DNA of 63,621 nt, counting the filler, from Ferroacidibacillus organovorans (GTDB lineage Bacteria; Bacillota; Bacilli; Alicyclobacillales; SLC66), in NCBI RefSeq assembly GCF_001642725.1. It is 3 parts of 3 records of this genome, joined end to end, with 100 filler letters (N's around TTAATTAATTAA, not from the genome) between each part and the next. Parts side by side here need not be neighbours in the genome. Positions count along the whole stretch, not along the records: positions 52,253 to 63,621 come from NZ_LSUQ01000069.1; 2 more parts are not named here. One strand, 5' to 3'. Below are positions 52,358 through 61,481 of the stretch, piece after piece (within the stretch, counting starts at the first letter, position 1; every line of letters starts with the position of its first letter). Made by a program: the position numbers and the translations under genes. The notes under the pieces were generated by a model, which had not been told where the DNA came from, did no database searches, and worked only from the letters and a program-made list of their open reading frames with translations.

Positions 52358-53083
52358 TCACATTGTTTCACTTTGAGATTTCAACGCATCAACCCGGATA
52401 TCGAAGTTCTTTGATAGCCCCTGCGCACCCGCTTTGGTTACCTCTATAGCACGCGTGGACGCTTTTTGTCCAATCCACCCTAATTCAAAGAATCGATTGG
52501 TGATGGCTGCTCCAAGTAAACCAGCCACATGATATCTACGTTCACTCCAGTCTAGACACTGACGTGCCAGCGCACGCCGCCCCGTTGGAATTCTGCGCAT
52601 ATCCACCCCAATAGCAAGGAGTCCATCGGCACCTCTATCGGTTATGGCGAAATTCTTACCTTCAGACATGAGCCACTCGAATTCCAACATCTTCGATGTC
52701 AGGGCAACACCGACCTCGCCAGCCAGATGGTCATAACAGGTTCGCGCAAAGTGCAGTGCCCTAGTCTGTTTCGATTGTCGCAACGAACGAACTTTCGTTG
52801 GCTTCGCAACAATGGACAGTGCTTCAAGGACATGTGCTACTTCGGGGGAAGCGAGGCGGAAGTAGCGGTTTCGACCATGGGATTCCGAGAGAATAAGACC
52901 CCCATCTACCATTTTGGCTAAATGGGCACTTGCCGTTTGTGGAGTCACCCCGGCGGTACGAGCGAGTTCGCTCGCCAGAAGCGTTTGACCGCCAAGCAAT
53001 GTAGTGAGCATGGTGCCTCTTGACGGATCAGCAATCAAAGCGGCTACTTCGGATATGTTTGGCGCTGCGTCCAATGTCTTCAT
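52358..53083 (-). CDS. ArsR/SmtB-family regulator (long form)
   Basis: 'AALIADPSR..ML', 'TASAHL', 'ARTCYDHLAG', 'CLDWSERR'. Start taken at ATG 53083. Confidence 0.9.
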   Translation of the reverse strand: MKTLDAAPNISEVAALIADPSRGTMLTTLLGGQTLLASELARTAGVTPQTASAHLAKMVDGGLILSESHGRNRYFRLASPEVAHVLEALSIVAKPTKVRSLRQSKQTRALHFARTCYDHLAGEVGVALTSKMLEFEWLMSEGKNFAITDRGADGLLAIGVDMRRIPTGRRALARQCLDWSERRYHVAGLLGAAITNRFFELGWIGQKASTRAIEVTKAGAQGLSKNFDIRVDALKSQSETM

Positions 53084-53171
53084 CTCCAGATTACAATGAT
53101 ACTTCGATGATAGACGAATAATATGCGGTTTACAATCAAGTAGAAGAATTGAACGATGGAGAGGAAGACTC

Positions 53172-53789
53172 ATGATGCACAAAAAACAGATTTCAAAGAC
53201 ACAGGTCATCCAACCAAAAATCTTGTACTATGGCACACCAGTCGTGTTGCTGACAACCTTTAATGAAGATCAGACATCAAATATCACGCCAATGTCTTCA
53301 GCTTGGGCACTTGGGAATCGTATCATTCTAGGACTCGGCGAAGGCGGTAAAGGGCTTGAAAGCTTGATTCGGCATAGTGAATGCGTAGTGAATTTGCCGG
53401 ATTCATCGCTTTGGGAATCGGTGGAGTTGTTGGCTCCATTGACAGGGAAGACGCCGATTCCTGAGTATAAAAAGGGTGTGTTCCGATATGAGAAAGACAA
53501 ATTTGCCGCAGCCGGATTAACGCCAGTGAAATCGACTCAGGTTGAACCGGATCGAATTGCCGAATGTCCAATACAAATCGAAGCGACAGTCAAGGGGATT
53601 CGAATCGTCGGTGAACAGGTGCGGTTCGGAATCATCGAAGTGGAGGCTCTGGTGGTACATGCACATGATCGGATTATCGTAGGAGCTAACCATGTTGATC
53701 CAGTTCGCTGGAACCCGCTCATCTACAATTTCCGGCACTATTTTGGCCTTGGAGATGAGTTGGGAAAGACGTTTCGGGCGGAGATATGA
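53172..53789 (+). CDS. Flavin reductase-like protein
   Basis: 'ILYYGTPVVL', 'N.TPMSSAW', 'ECPIQIE', 'W.PLIYNFRHY'. Confidence 0.85.
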   Translation: MMHKKQISKTQVIQPKILYYGTPVVLLTTFNEDQTSNITPMSSAWALGNRIILGLGEGGKGLESLIRHSECVVNLPDSSLWESVELLAPLTGKTPIPEYKKGVFRYEKDKFAAAGLTPVKSTQVEPDRIAECPIQIEATVKGIRIVGEQVRFGIIEVEALVVHAHDRIIVGANHVDPVRWNPLIYNFRHYFGLGDELGKTFRAEI

Positions 53790-53827
53790 TATTCACAGGC
53801 TCGGTCTTCCGGGCCTGATGTATTGGT

Positions 53828-54127
53828 TTATTCAATACGATTCTTTATTGAAGTCTTCTTTGAATCTCTTCTATCTCGGCGTGAGATAGGTTTGTGAACT
53901 GCGCGACTGTCTCTATATCCTGGCCTGCTGTCAACATCCGCTTTGCGACACTTTCCAACGCACGTTGCTACCGCAACTCCAACTCCCGACGCGATAGCCT
54001 CCAATTCACTAAGGATTTCGTCGTCTTCGGCTGTTTCCAACAACAACAACAGCCAGCGGACTAGGCGGTCTTCATGAGGATTGATAGTCCGGTTGCGCCA
54101 AACCACCCTAAGTTTCGGTATCTCCAT
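53828..54127 (-). CDS. Hypothetical protein
   Basis: 99-aa ORF with weak RBS and no motif. Confidence 0.35.
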   Translation of the reverse strand: MEIPKLRVVWRNRTINPHEDRLVRWLLLLLETAEDDEILSELEAIASGVGVAVATCVGKCRKADVDSRPGYRDSRAVHKPISRRDRRDSKKTSIKNRIE

Positions 54128-54347
54128 GAAGCGATCTCCAATGTAGGGAAGGCAGGGTTGATGTTTGGTTTCCGGCAGGCATGGCGGTTCGCAGTGGTGA
54201 CGTTGGTTGTTCCTCTTGTATTATTTTGGTGGTGTTCGTAAAACATCGAATGAAACTAATCTGATTGCCGTGTTAGGAATGAAGTAGAATCGTCATGGTG
54301 TAGAGTTTGAGGGAACACCCGGATGTGACAACCGGGAAACAAAGTTC

Positions 54348-54602
54348 TTAGTACCTGTCGGCTTCCGAAAAACGACGCGCTGCAACATTCGCGTCATCAA
54401 GGGCACTGCATTCTTCGAGAATCTTAGTTTCACCACTTCTTATAAACAAAGTCACTGCGTAGTTTTCGATGTCCATCGTCCCATCGGCAAAAATTGAACG
54501 TGCCACAGGTAATACTCGAATTATTTCTTGACCGTACGGGATAGATATGCATTTGTCGATAACCGTTCTGAAATTAGTGGGTTCCATTTCTGCACTCCTC
54601 AA
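54348..54602 (-). CDS. Hypothetical small protein
   Basis: Coupled to the upstream ORF; GAGGAG precedes the internal ATG (MEPTNF). Confidence 0.6.
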   Translation of the reverse strand: MRSAEMEPTNFRTVIDKCISIPYGQEIIRVLPVARSIFADGTMDIENYAVTLFIRSGETKILEECSALDDANVAARRFSEADRY

Positions 54603-54816
54603 AGTTCAATCCAAGATTCATGTGCATATGTAGACAATCGGGGGTTTCGCAATCAGCTACGACGCCGCAGCAATAATCTAGTTGCACATGAACCGTCGCT
54701 GAGCACATGGGGCATGTAAATGTCGTTTCGCTCAATCCATTGCTAAGTAATTCATCAGCACTCTTCTGAACAACTTCAGATATTGCTAGGATTTTTTCTA
54801 ATTCAGTGTCTTTCAT
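54574..54816 (-). CDS. Small Cys-rich (putative Zn-binding) protein
   Basis: CPMC...CC....C....C pattern; RBS GGGGG. Confidence 0.6.
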   Translation of the reverse strand: MKDTELEKILAISEVVQKSADELLSNGLSETTFTCPMCSATVHVQLDYCCGVVADCETPDCLHMHMNLGLNFEECRNGTH

Positions 54817-54845
54817 GAACTCAGCCCCCGGATTTATTTAAAGTG

Positions 54846-54870
54846 ATCTTATCATGGGAACGTACGTTCG
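54846..54870 (-). promoter_or_regulatory. LexA (Cheo) box next to an extended -10 element
   Basis: CGAAC-GTAC-GTTCC on the minus strand (GAAC-N4-GTTC at 54858-54869), adjacent to TGATAAGAT. Confidence 0.7.
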
Positions 54871-55452
54871 TAAATAAGAAAATCCAAATTCATTGGAATA
54901 CGTAACCTGAATTCACAAGAAATCTACTTGGTTCTGTCGGCTTTTCTGTTCGAATTGAAATTTTACACCAACGTACACAACGGGGTTCGGGTCGAGCCCT
55001 TCGTGGTCAGATAAATTTGGTATAGCCTGTGCATCCGTTTCATGGATTTGGTTCTTCGTTTTGGTCGTGCTAGGTAATGTGGCAGGGCGTGCCGCTGTGA
55101 AGAAGGCTTCTTTAGATTTAATCAATCGAATTTCAGCGGTAATGATGTGGTAACCAGCCATCTATCTCGGCTAAATTATCTATTCGTTCAGGCAAAAAAT
55201 AGGAAAGCTCAGTTTGTGGATTCCATGTTTTTGTAACAATCCGAATAGCCCTCTCATACGCCATTTCATGCGGCAAAGTTTTGAAGCGGTAGCACGGGAA
55301 AAGGGAAGACAGGGCAAATGAGGCGACCTGTATTTGTAGATGATGGTTGTCATTCGCACGGGTGTGTGCTTGTAAATGATAGCTTGGAAGAGGATTCATG
55401 CACAGTTACGCAGAAGTATCTTCCAATCGAAATTTGTCGGGAGTTGTCATCT

Positions 55453-56052
55453 ATGAATCTTACTTTGCCGCATAGTTTATATTTGGAACTTGGGGCGATT
55501 ATCGCACTTGCAATAATCGTAAAAGCAATTACCCCCATCAAGAAGCGTAAGTCCTCAAAGTCGCGAGGTTCCAACCAAAAGAAGAAAGCCCAATCAAGCA
55601 CTCGAACTTCCTCTGCAAAACGTCCGGACGCTGAAATTCTTCTCAGTCCCATTGAAAAGCTCACATGGGCTGAATTTGAACGACTTTTGGCTCTGTACTT
55701 CCGTGATCACGGTTACGATGTTGATGAACCCGGAATCGGCGGTAATGATGGTGGGGTCGATTTGGTCATTACTGACAAGCGCACTAAAGAGCGTACCGCA
55801 GTTCAAGCGAAACACTGGGCTGATCGTCGTCACGTCGGGCCAAATATCATCCGTGAACTGCACTCCGCACGACTGAACACGAAACCTACTTGTCTATATG
55901 CAATGCTTGTCACATCGTCTGACGTTTCACCTCAGGCACGCAAAGAAGCGCAAGATAGGCATATTGAGTTTTGGCACGGGGCAACGCTTGCACATAGGCT
56001 GGAGAAGTGGGGCAAGTGGCAGGGGAATCAACGGCGTAGACGTTCGAAATGA
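55453..56052 (+). CDS. Mrr-like (type IV) restriction endonuclease with N-terminal TM helix
   Basis: 'EFERLLA', 'NDGGVDLV', 'AVQAK' PD-(D/E)XK variant, hydrophobic N-terminus. Start uncertain. Confidence 0.85.
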   Translation: MNLTLPHSLYLELGAIIALAIIVKAITPIKKRKSSKSRGSNQKKKAQSSTRTSSAKRPDAEILLSPIEKLTWAEFERLLALYFRDHGYDVDEPGIGGNDGGVDLVITDKRTKERTAVQAKHWADRRHVGPNIIRELHSARLNTKPTCLYAMLVTSSDVSPQARKEAQDRHIEFWHGATLAHRLEKWGKWQGNQRRRRSK

Positions 56053-56086
56053 TGCGTGCTCGCCTAAGGGAAGAGAGGTCGAGACA

Positions 56087-57016
56087 ATGGGGATAAAAAT
56101 GTCGGAGGCTTATTATAAACCTCAAAACCGCGTTATACGCGTAGATGAGGCAGATAAGGTGGAGGCTTCTGAACTCAAGAGTAATTTATATTGTAGCTCC
56201 GAAAATTGCAGGACACGGTTGAAATTTGTTCACTCCTACAATAAAGGTGTAGAAAGTGAAATAACCGTTCCATCACATTTTGCCCTTGTTACAGGCATTG
56301 ACAGTCCTCATAGTGATGATTGCCAGTACAACGTGGGAGGACAAGTTAAAATCATTGCGCGTAAGGCCGACGACATGATGCATAGCATAGCGAATGGTAA
56401 GTACAAATTCAGGTTACATCTTCTATTTGGTGCTTTAAATGCAAAGGAAGGCGAGGTAGTTGGCCCTACATCGCAGACTGGTTCAAACACTCGTGGGCAA
56501 GTCGAGACTACTTACACAACCAAAGGCAGTTTAACAGCATATTTGTCAACTGCGAGGAAAATTATGGAGTTGCGTTCGAAGATAGAACTGGAACGTGACA
56601 TCGCTCAATATGTCAAAATTCAATTTCGGGGGGATACTGTTCGGTGGGCTGATTTTTATTTTGAGCGCGAAAATCTGCTTCGGTGCTACGAACGAGTTAA
56701 TAGTCACAGTTACCCAATCTGCATCGAAGGGGAGGTAAAGTCAATCCAGATTCCGTCCAACAGCCGCAACTACGGAATAATACAGTTGAAAACGATAAGT
56801 GTTCAACCAAGTAGTGATGGTTACAGACATATCCCCATGGTGAAGTTTTATGTGGTTAATGGAATTCCATTGGAAAGCATCACAGTGGGAAAAAAAGTGG
56901 TCGTCTATGGAATTCCTAAATCACGGTCAGTACGTAATGACGATAACCAGCGTATCTGGTTGAACATATCGATATGGGTGAACCACAGAAAACAACTTTA
57001 CGTTATCCCTGACTAA
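56087..57016 (+). CDS. Uncharacterised protein with N-terminal C-x4-C...H-x3-C Zn-finger-like motif
   Basis: RBS AGAGG, 'LYCSSENC...HF...HSDDC', beta-rich (OB-like) C-terminus. Confidence 0.7.
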   Translation: MGIKMSEAYYKPQNRVIRVDEADKVEASELKSNLYCSSENCRTRLKFVHSYNKGVESEITVPSHFALVTGIDSPHSDDCQYNVGGQVKIIARKADDMMHSIANGKYKFRLHLLFGALNAKEGEVVGPTSQTGSNTRGQVETTYTTKGSLTAYLSTARKIMELRSKIELERDIAQYVKIQFRGDTVRWADFYFERENLLRCYERVNSHSYPICIEGEVKSIQIPSNSRNYGIIQLKTISVQPSSDGYRHIPMVKFYVVNGIPLESITVGKKVVVYGIPKSRSVRNDDNQRIWLNISIWVNHRKQLYVIPD

Positions 57017-57033
57017 GGAGATGAAACGGTGTC

Positions 57034-57156
57034 TTATTGTAGGTACCTGGATAGTTGCTCGACTTCTTCTCTAGACAGTCCTGATATTTCACAAAGGGTC
57101 TTGATCTCGAACTCTTTTACGAGAAGTCGTTTCGCTATCTCTTGTTTTTTCTCCAA
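57034..57156 (-). CDS. Orphan Rpn C-terminal (RpnS-like) 40-aa ORF or remnant
   Basis: (L/M)EKKQEIAKRLLVKEFEIKTLCEISGLSREEVEQLSRYLQ* aligns with the Rpn tail ERKKASEVAQRLLRKGVPIEDVAELTELSVGEIEQLQRD. Confidence 0.6.
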   Translation of the reverse strand: MEKKQEIAKRLLVKEFEIKTLCEISGLSREEVEQLSRYLQ

Positions 57157-57225
57157 ACGCGCTCTTCCATTTTTTATCTTACTGTTCCCAGTAAAGTGGG
57201 GAGATAACGCATGAGAGCGTCCGAT

Positions 57226-58071
57226 TCAGTGTGTCTGGTCTCGCTGTAGTTGCTCAATCTCTCCGACACTCAGCTCTGTGAGTTCTGCCACGTCTTCGAT
57301 AGGCACTCCTTTACGCAGTAAGCGCTGAGCGACTTCGGACGCCTTCTTTCGTTCCCCGGCTTCTCGTGCGCCTTGGATATTGGAATTCCAATCATGAATC
57401 GCTTTCTGTCGTGCTTCATATAGTTCACGCGCTTCACGATCCTGACTCAAGAATTCCAGCGTGGTCAATGCTTTTTTTATGGCCGGTTCCTCCATCGCAA
57501 GCTCCTCCAATTTCTCTCGCGCCGATCCCAGTAAGAACAGTGTCCAGCGCACCAGTTTTCGTTCTTGTCCAACTGCGATTTCCCGAAGCTTCTGCAACTC
57601 AATCATATGAATTTCGATGTCATCCGTCAGGATGAGCCCGGTATTGTCTTCCCGTAGGTGAAACGTGTTATGGTAACGGTCGTTGTCGATATAATTGAAC
57701 CCAAGGATGTTGATGGTTACTGTGCGGCATAGACTCCGGTAAATCTCACCCTGCACCAACTGGCTCCCGTACATTCGCGCCCAGTAGTAGAGCGACCGTT
57801 TCTCCATATCCTGCTGGTCCCGAAGCTGAATCTCGATATTAATCAGCGTTCCGCTGGCCGTCCTGGCCTTGATGTCCAAAACGGACATCTTATCATAGAC
57901 TGTTGTCTTGTCGAGATACGGGTTGAGAATTTCAATCTCCGTCACGCCGGGTTCATTGGCCGATTCGAAGACGGCATTGAGAAAATCGAGAAGGACGTCT
58001 TTGTTTTCCTCGACGCCGAATATGCGCTTAAAGACGAAGTCTATGCTGGGTTTTAGTAAATCCATCATCAT
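57226..58071 (-). CDS. Rpn/YhgA-like PD-(D/E)XK nuclease
   Basis: 'DFVFKRIFG', 'LDIKA...INIEIQ', 'RSLYYWA..Y', C-terminal HTH. Confidence 0.9.
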   Translation of the reverse strand: MMMDLLKPSIDFVFKRIFGVEENKDVLLDFLNAVFESANEPGVTEIEILNPYLDKTTVYDKMSVLDIKARTASGTLINIEIQLRDQQDMEKRSLYYWARMYGSQLVQGEIYRSLCRTVTINILGFNYIDNDRYHNTFHLREDNTGLILTDDIEIHMIELQKLREIAVGQERKLVRWTLFLLGSAREKLEELAMEEPAIKKALTTLEFLSQDREARELYEARQKAIHDWNSNIQGAREAGERKKASEVAQRLLRKGVPIEDVAELTELSVGEIEQLQRDQTH

Positions 58072-58123
58072 CCCACCTATCCCAGTTTGATCATACCACA
58101 TCGTATGAACATTGTTCATCCAT

Positions 58124-59623
58124 TCAACGGAATTGGACCCTCACATCAATGCGATAATTATCCCGTGCATACTCGATCCGCTCAATAATCTGCTTGAGCA
58201 ACCGATTCTTTTCTTCGGGCATGCTGTCGAGTTGTTTCCAAACATTCTGCAGTTCTTCAATGCGCCTTAACCTGTCTTGGTCTGAAACGGGGCCACCGAC
58301 CTGCAGGGCTTCCTTCAAATGTTGAATGTCATTTCCCTTCTTCATAATCAGGTCCTTTTGATGATCCAACCGAGTTCGATACTCCTGTTTGGTCAAATCC
58401 CCGGACACATACATGTCTTTGAGCCGGGTCACCCCTTCGTGCAGCCCCTCCAACTCGGTTTCCTTCAAATGTAATAACATCTGCGGGGCCATATCTGGCG
58501 TATCCGTGGTTTGAATCGGTCTGGATCGGATTTCATCCTCGTACTCGCGAAGGCTTTCGATCACGGCCAACTCAATATGCTCAAGGTCTGCGCCGGGATT
58601 GCCGCAGCGTTTGCCAAACGGGTCGATTTTCTGGCACTTCTTCACGAGGATGCGTCCGTTCTCTTTCGGCTGAAACTGGTGGGCAGCACCGCACTTACCG
58701 CAATACACCAATCCAGAATATACGTAGGTTCCGTGCCTGGTTCGCTTGGATTGGATGCGACGTCGCTCCAACATCTTCAAAATCTCTGCATGTTCCTCCG
58801 GTGTTTTCACGGCAGGGTGAGCGTTGTCGACGATGACCCAGTTTTCACGCGGGTTCACCCGAAACGGCGCAGTTTTTCGATTCTTGTGCAGTCCACCGCT
58901 GGTCTTGCCGTACACCACGCGTCCAAGATGCACTTCATTGATGGCTAGCCGATAGAGTACGCTTTCCTGCCACAGCTTGCCTTTGGGGGAGGGAATACCC
59001 ATGCGGTTCAGTTCCCAGCACACAGCGGCACACGTGGCCCCACTAAGCAAGCGTTGTTTGATGAGTTTGTAGATGTCCAACTTATCGGGATCAAGTTCGA
59101 GACTTCGAGCTTCAGAGTTATAGAGATAGGGAAAGGGAGCCGGGCCATTGGTCCAGTGACCGAGGCGAGCACCAATTTTCTTACCGCGCTGGAATCGCTT
59201 TTTGATCATGCGGTATTCGTACCTTGCAAACACGCCTTCGATGTCAGTGATGAGTTCTTGGTCCTCGTCGTTCAGGTCATAGACGCGTTGAGGAGTGACG
59301 ACGAGGGTGTTCGACTGTTGGAGAATTTTCTCGACCCGTGCCCGGTCTTCTTTGTCGCCTCGGCTTAGCCGGTCATAGTCCATGACGACCACTGCGTCGT
59401 AGAAATCATTCTCCACATCTTTGAGCAGGCGTTTGAACTCCGGTCGATAGTCGATGCTGTCGGAACTTCCGATTTCCCGGTATGTGACATACCGCCAGTT
59501 GTTTTTGCGAACGAAATCGGTGAGGGCCGTTTCGTGTTTGAGCAGGACATCTTCTTCACCGTCCGTGTCGTCGCGGCTTTTGCGTAAGTAAACGGCGACT
59601 TCGTAGATTTTCTTTTGCTCCAT
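58124..59623 (-). CDS. Large serine recombinase (ICE integrase)
   Basis: 'YLRKSR', 'DRLSRG', recombinase domain, Zn ribbon CGKC and coiled coil. ATG 59623 follows GGAGTGA. Confidence 0.93.
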   Translation of the reverse strand: MEQKKIYEVAVYLRKSRDDTDGEEDVLLKHETALTDFVRKNNWRYVTYREIGSSDSIDYRPEFKRLLKDVENDFYDAVVVMDYDRLSRGDKEDRARVEKILQQSNTLVVTPQRVYDLNDEDQELITDIEGVFARYEYRMIKKRFQRGKKIGARLGHWTNGPAPFPYLYNSEARSLELDPDKLDIYKLIKQRLLSGATCAAVCWELNRMGIPSPKGKLWQESVLYRLAINEVHLGRVVYGKTSGGLHKNRKTAPFRVNPRENWVIVDNAHPAVKTPEEHAEILKMLERRRIQSKRTRHGTYVYSGLVYCGKCGAAHQFQPKENGRILVKKCQKIDPFGKRCGNPGADLEHIELAVIESLREYEDEIRSRPIQTTDTPDMAPQMLLHLKETELEGLHEGVTRLKDMYVSGDLTKQEYRTRLDHQKDLIMKKGNDIQHLKEALQVGGPVSDQDRLRRIEELQNVWKQLDSMPEEKNRLLKQIIERIEYARDNYRIDVRVQFR

Positions 59624-59789
59624 AGGGACATCACTCCATTGGATGAACCAGGTATGTTTCCGATGACTTGTTCCAAGCTGTCTCCATCGCATGGCAGGGT
59701 TCGTGTCAGGTGATGGAGGTACCGCTTGGATGTCCATCTTCACTCCAGGTTTGAGAAGAGTCAACGGCAGGAGATGGAGAAAGGATGGG

Positions 59790-59820
59790 GGTGCGAAAGA
59801 ATGGATTTCGCACCCTGTTT
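59790..59820. terminator. Hairpin between small ORFs and the recombinase
   Basis: GGGTGCGAAA-N7-TTTCGCACCC. Confidence 0.5.
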
Positions 59821-59841
59821 GGGCGGATAACATGGACTCGG

Positions 59842-60039
59842 CTACCCATCCACAGATGAATTTCCGACCTGCTTGTAGTCAGGGTCTTCGCAACATGCTT
59901 TGGTTCGTACGCCTGAAATCAATATCTTTTCCTGACAGACGGAGCAACAGATTTCGATGCCATCTGAAGACACGCAGAACATATCGGGATTCAGGATCGA
60001 GTAATGACCGCGCGGACAAATGTAGGTGGGTTTGCACAT
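59842..60039 (-). CDS. Small Cys-rich hypothetical protein (65 aa)
   Basis: RBS AGAGGGGTGA, then MCKPTYICPRGH...CCSVC...CC. Confidence 0.45.
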   Translation of the reverse strand: MCKPTYICPRGHYSILNPDMFCVSSDGIEICCSVCQEKILISGVRTKACCEDPDYKQVGNSSVDG

Positions 60040-60085
60040 CCTTGTCACCCCTCTGCTAATCACTTGAACAGCATGGCGACGGTGA

Positions 60086-60412
60086 TTAGAATTCCATCTG
60101 CGCCCGATGTTTGTGTTCCTCATACGCCCAGTCCAAGCTGCGGTCATGAAAACAGGCGAACACGTTTTCTACGACAAGGCGGTATTTTGGGGACGGCAGG
60201 TCGCCATCCCAAGCCCGATCATAGTTGGTTAAGGCATGAAAAAGGCCGTCCCCTTTTTTCGGGACGACCATGAGGGCGGAGATTCTGCCGTCGTTGATAC
60301 CAAATTTGGACGGTTCATCGAATACTCTCGCATGCACGTAGTATCCGTCTACGACACCTTCGTACCAAGTCCCACCGAAGTGGCTCGGTTTGACCGTGAA
60401 TTCATATTGCAT
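60086..60412 (-). CDS. Hypothetical mobile-element protein (DUF7678-like)
   Basis: RBS AAGGAGGG; 'FDEPSKFGINDGRIS.L...NYDRAWD' pattern common in Firmicute ICE/phage genes. Confidence 0.7.
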   Translation of the reverse strand: MQYEFTVKPSHFGGTWYEGVVDGYYVHARVFDEPSKFGINDGRISALMVVPKKGDGLFHALTNYDRAWDGDLPSPKYRLVVENVFACFHDRSLDWAYEEHKHRAQMEF

Positions 60413-60499
60413 GAGACGAATCCCTCCTTGTCAGTCGTCAGCTTAGCTCGGTCTCGCAAAGGAAAGCAATGCATCTGTTTCTGAGATGGTCACGGGATT

Positions 60500-60700
60500 T
60501 CATTCTTCCGGTTCGATGCCATATAGGACGCCCTGTACATACTCTCGTTTGTGGTCGAGCAGCCATCGTGCGGTGTCTGGATTGTTCAGTGCAGACGCCA
60601 AACGGAGCACGGCGAAAAAGTCGAGCATGTTGGTAGTGCCAGACTGCCGAATGGCTTCAAGACCTTCAAAGACAGATTTGGGAACACGAATCTCGTCCAT
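60500..60700 (-). CDS. DUF5049-like small protein
   Basis: 'LEAIRQSGTTNMLD..AV'; RBS GAGGAG. Confidence 0.7.
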   Translation of the reverse strand: MDEIRVPKSVFEGLEAIRQSGTTNMLDFFAVLRLASALNNPDTARWLLDHKREYVQGVLYGIEPEE

Positions 60701-60853
60701 ATCATTTCTCCTCTCCGGATTGAAATTGGATCAAGCGTGGTGTTGCGTCTTTGAGCCGCTAATCGGAGGTTTTCGCATCAATTGAAAGGAGAGATTTGTA
60801 TTGAGCTCTCTTACATCCCTTCATTACTCATGGCATTCGCACCGTACCGCCGG

Positions 60854-61028
60854 TCAACTTTCGTCGATCACGAGATAGCCAAAACCCGTGGGGCTGATCG
60901 AAAAACGATAGCCATACGTTTTTTCAGCATATTTGACGAGTTCAAGAGCGTGGGCCTTAGTCTCCACGTGTACCTCACCATCCTTCATGCACGCGTCGAA
61001 CCATGGCCTCCAAGAGTTGATTTAGCAA
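60854..61028 (-). pseudogene. Small paralog B (frameshifted by one extra nt)
   Basis: RBS AAAGGAGGTGA plus TTG. MLNQLLEAMVRRVH / KDGEVHVETKAHALELVKYAEKTYGYRFSISPTGFGYLVIDES; span 175 nt. Confidence 0.7.
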
Positions 61029-61079
61029 TGGATTCACCTCCTTTGCGCTGGCTGTCAGGCTAACTCTTGCGGTGTCGGA

Positions 61080-61256
61080 TTATTTGTGCTCATCAAGCAC
61101 CCGACAACCATAAACGTTGAATCCGATCAGGAAGTTAAATCTGTAGGTGATCCTGGCGTAATGCAGGAGTTCGAGACCTTGCGATTCACTTGACAACTGA
61201 ATCGCCCCCTCCTGTCGGACGCGCCAAACCAAGTCCTCCAAGGTTTGCTTATCCAC
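61080..61256 (-). CDS. Small paralog A (58 aa)
   Basis: RBS GAGGAGGTG plus GTG. MDKQTLEDLVWRVRQEGAIQLSSESQGLELLHYARITYRFNFLIGFNVYGCRVLDEHK. Confidence 0.75.
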   Translation of the reverse strand: MDKQTLEDLVWRVRQEGAIQLSSESQGLELLHYARITYRFNFLIGFNVYGCRVLDEHK

Positions 61257-61481
61257 GAGTCTTACACCTCCTCGCGTTGGCCGATAGCCTAACTTGTTTT
61301 TTGCCCGGCAGAAACTCCGCGCGGGATGCCATCGGGAATGTCGGGTGGGGAGTCGGGGGAGGGATGATAAGGACGGTTCGTTTTCCGGTAAGGTTCCGCA
61401 TCCCAAGCTCCCAATGCGTATATCATGGGCCATGCCATGATGTATCCCGCCCAAATTTGTTGATTGTCATGTGCGTCATGG

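Noticed and set aside
54913..55399. Minus-strand ORFs 54913-55161 and 55133-55399
   Set aside because: No RBS or motif support; cannot be distinguished from chance ORFs or decayed DNA.
58105..58119. Second LexA box upstream of rpn
   Set aside because: The spacer is 3 nt (GAAC-N3-GTTC), not the required 4.
59624..59833. 70-aa N-terminal extension of the recombinase
   Set aside because: The catalytic domain begins right after ATG 59623, which has its own SD. The extension crosses a hairpin.
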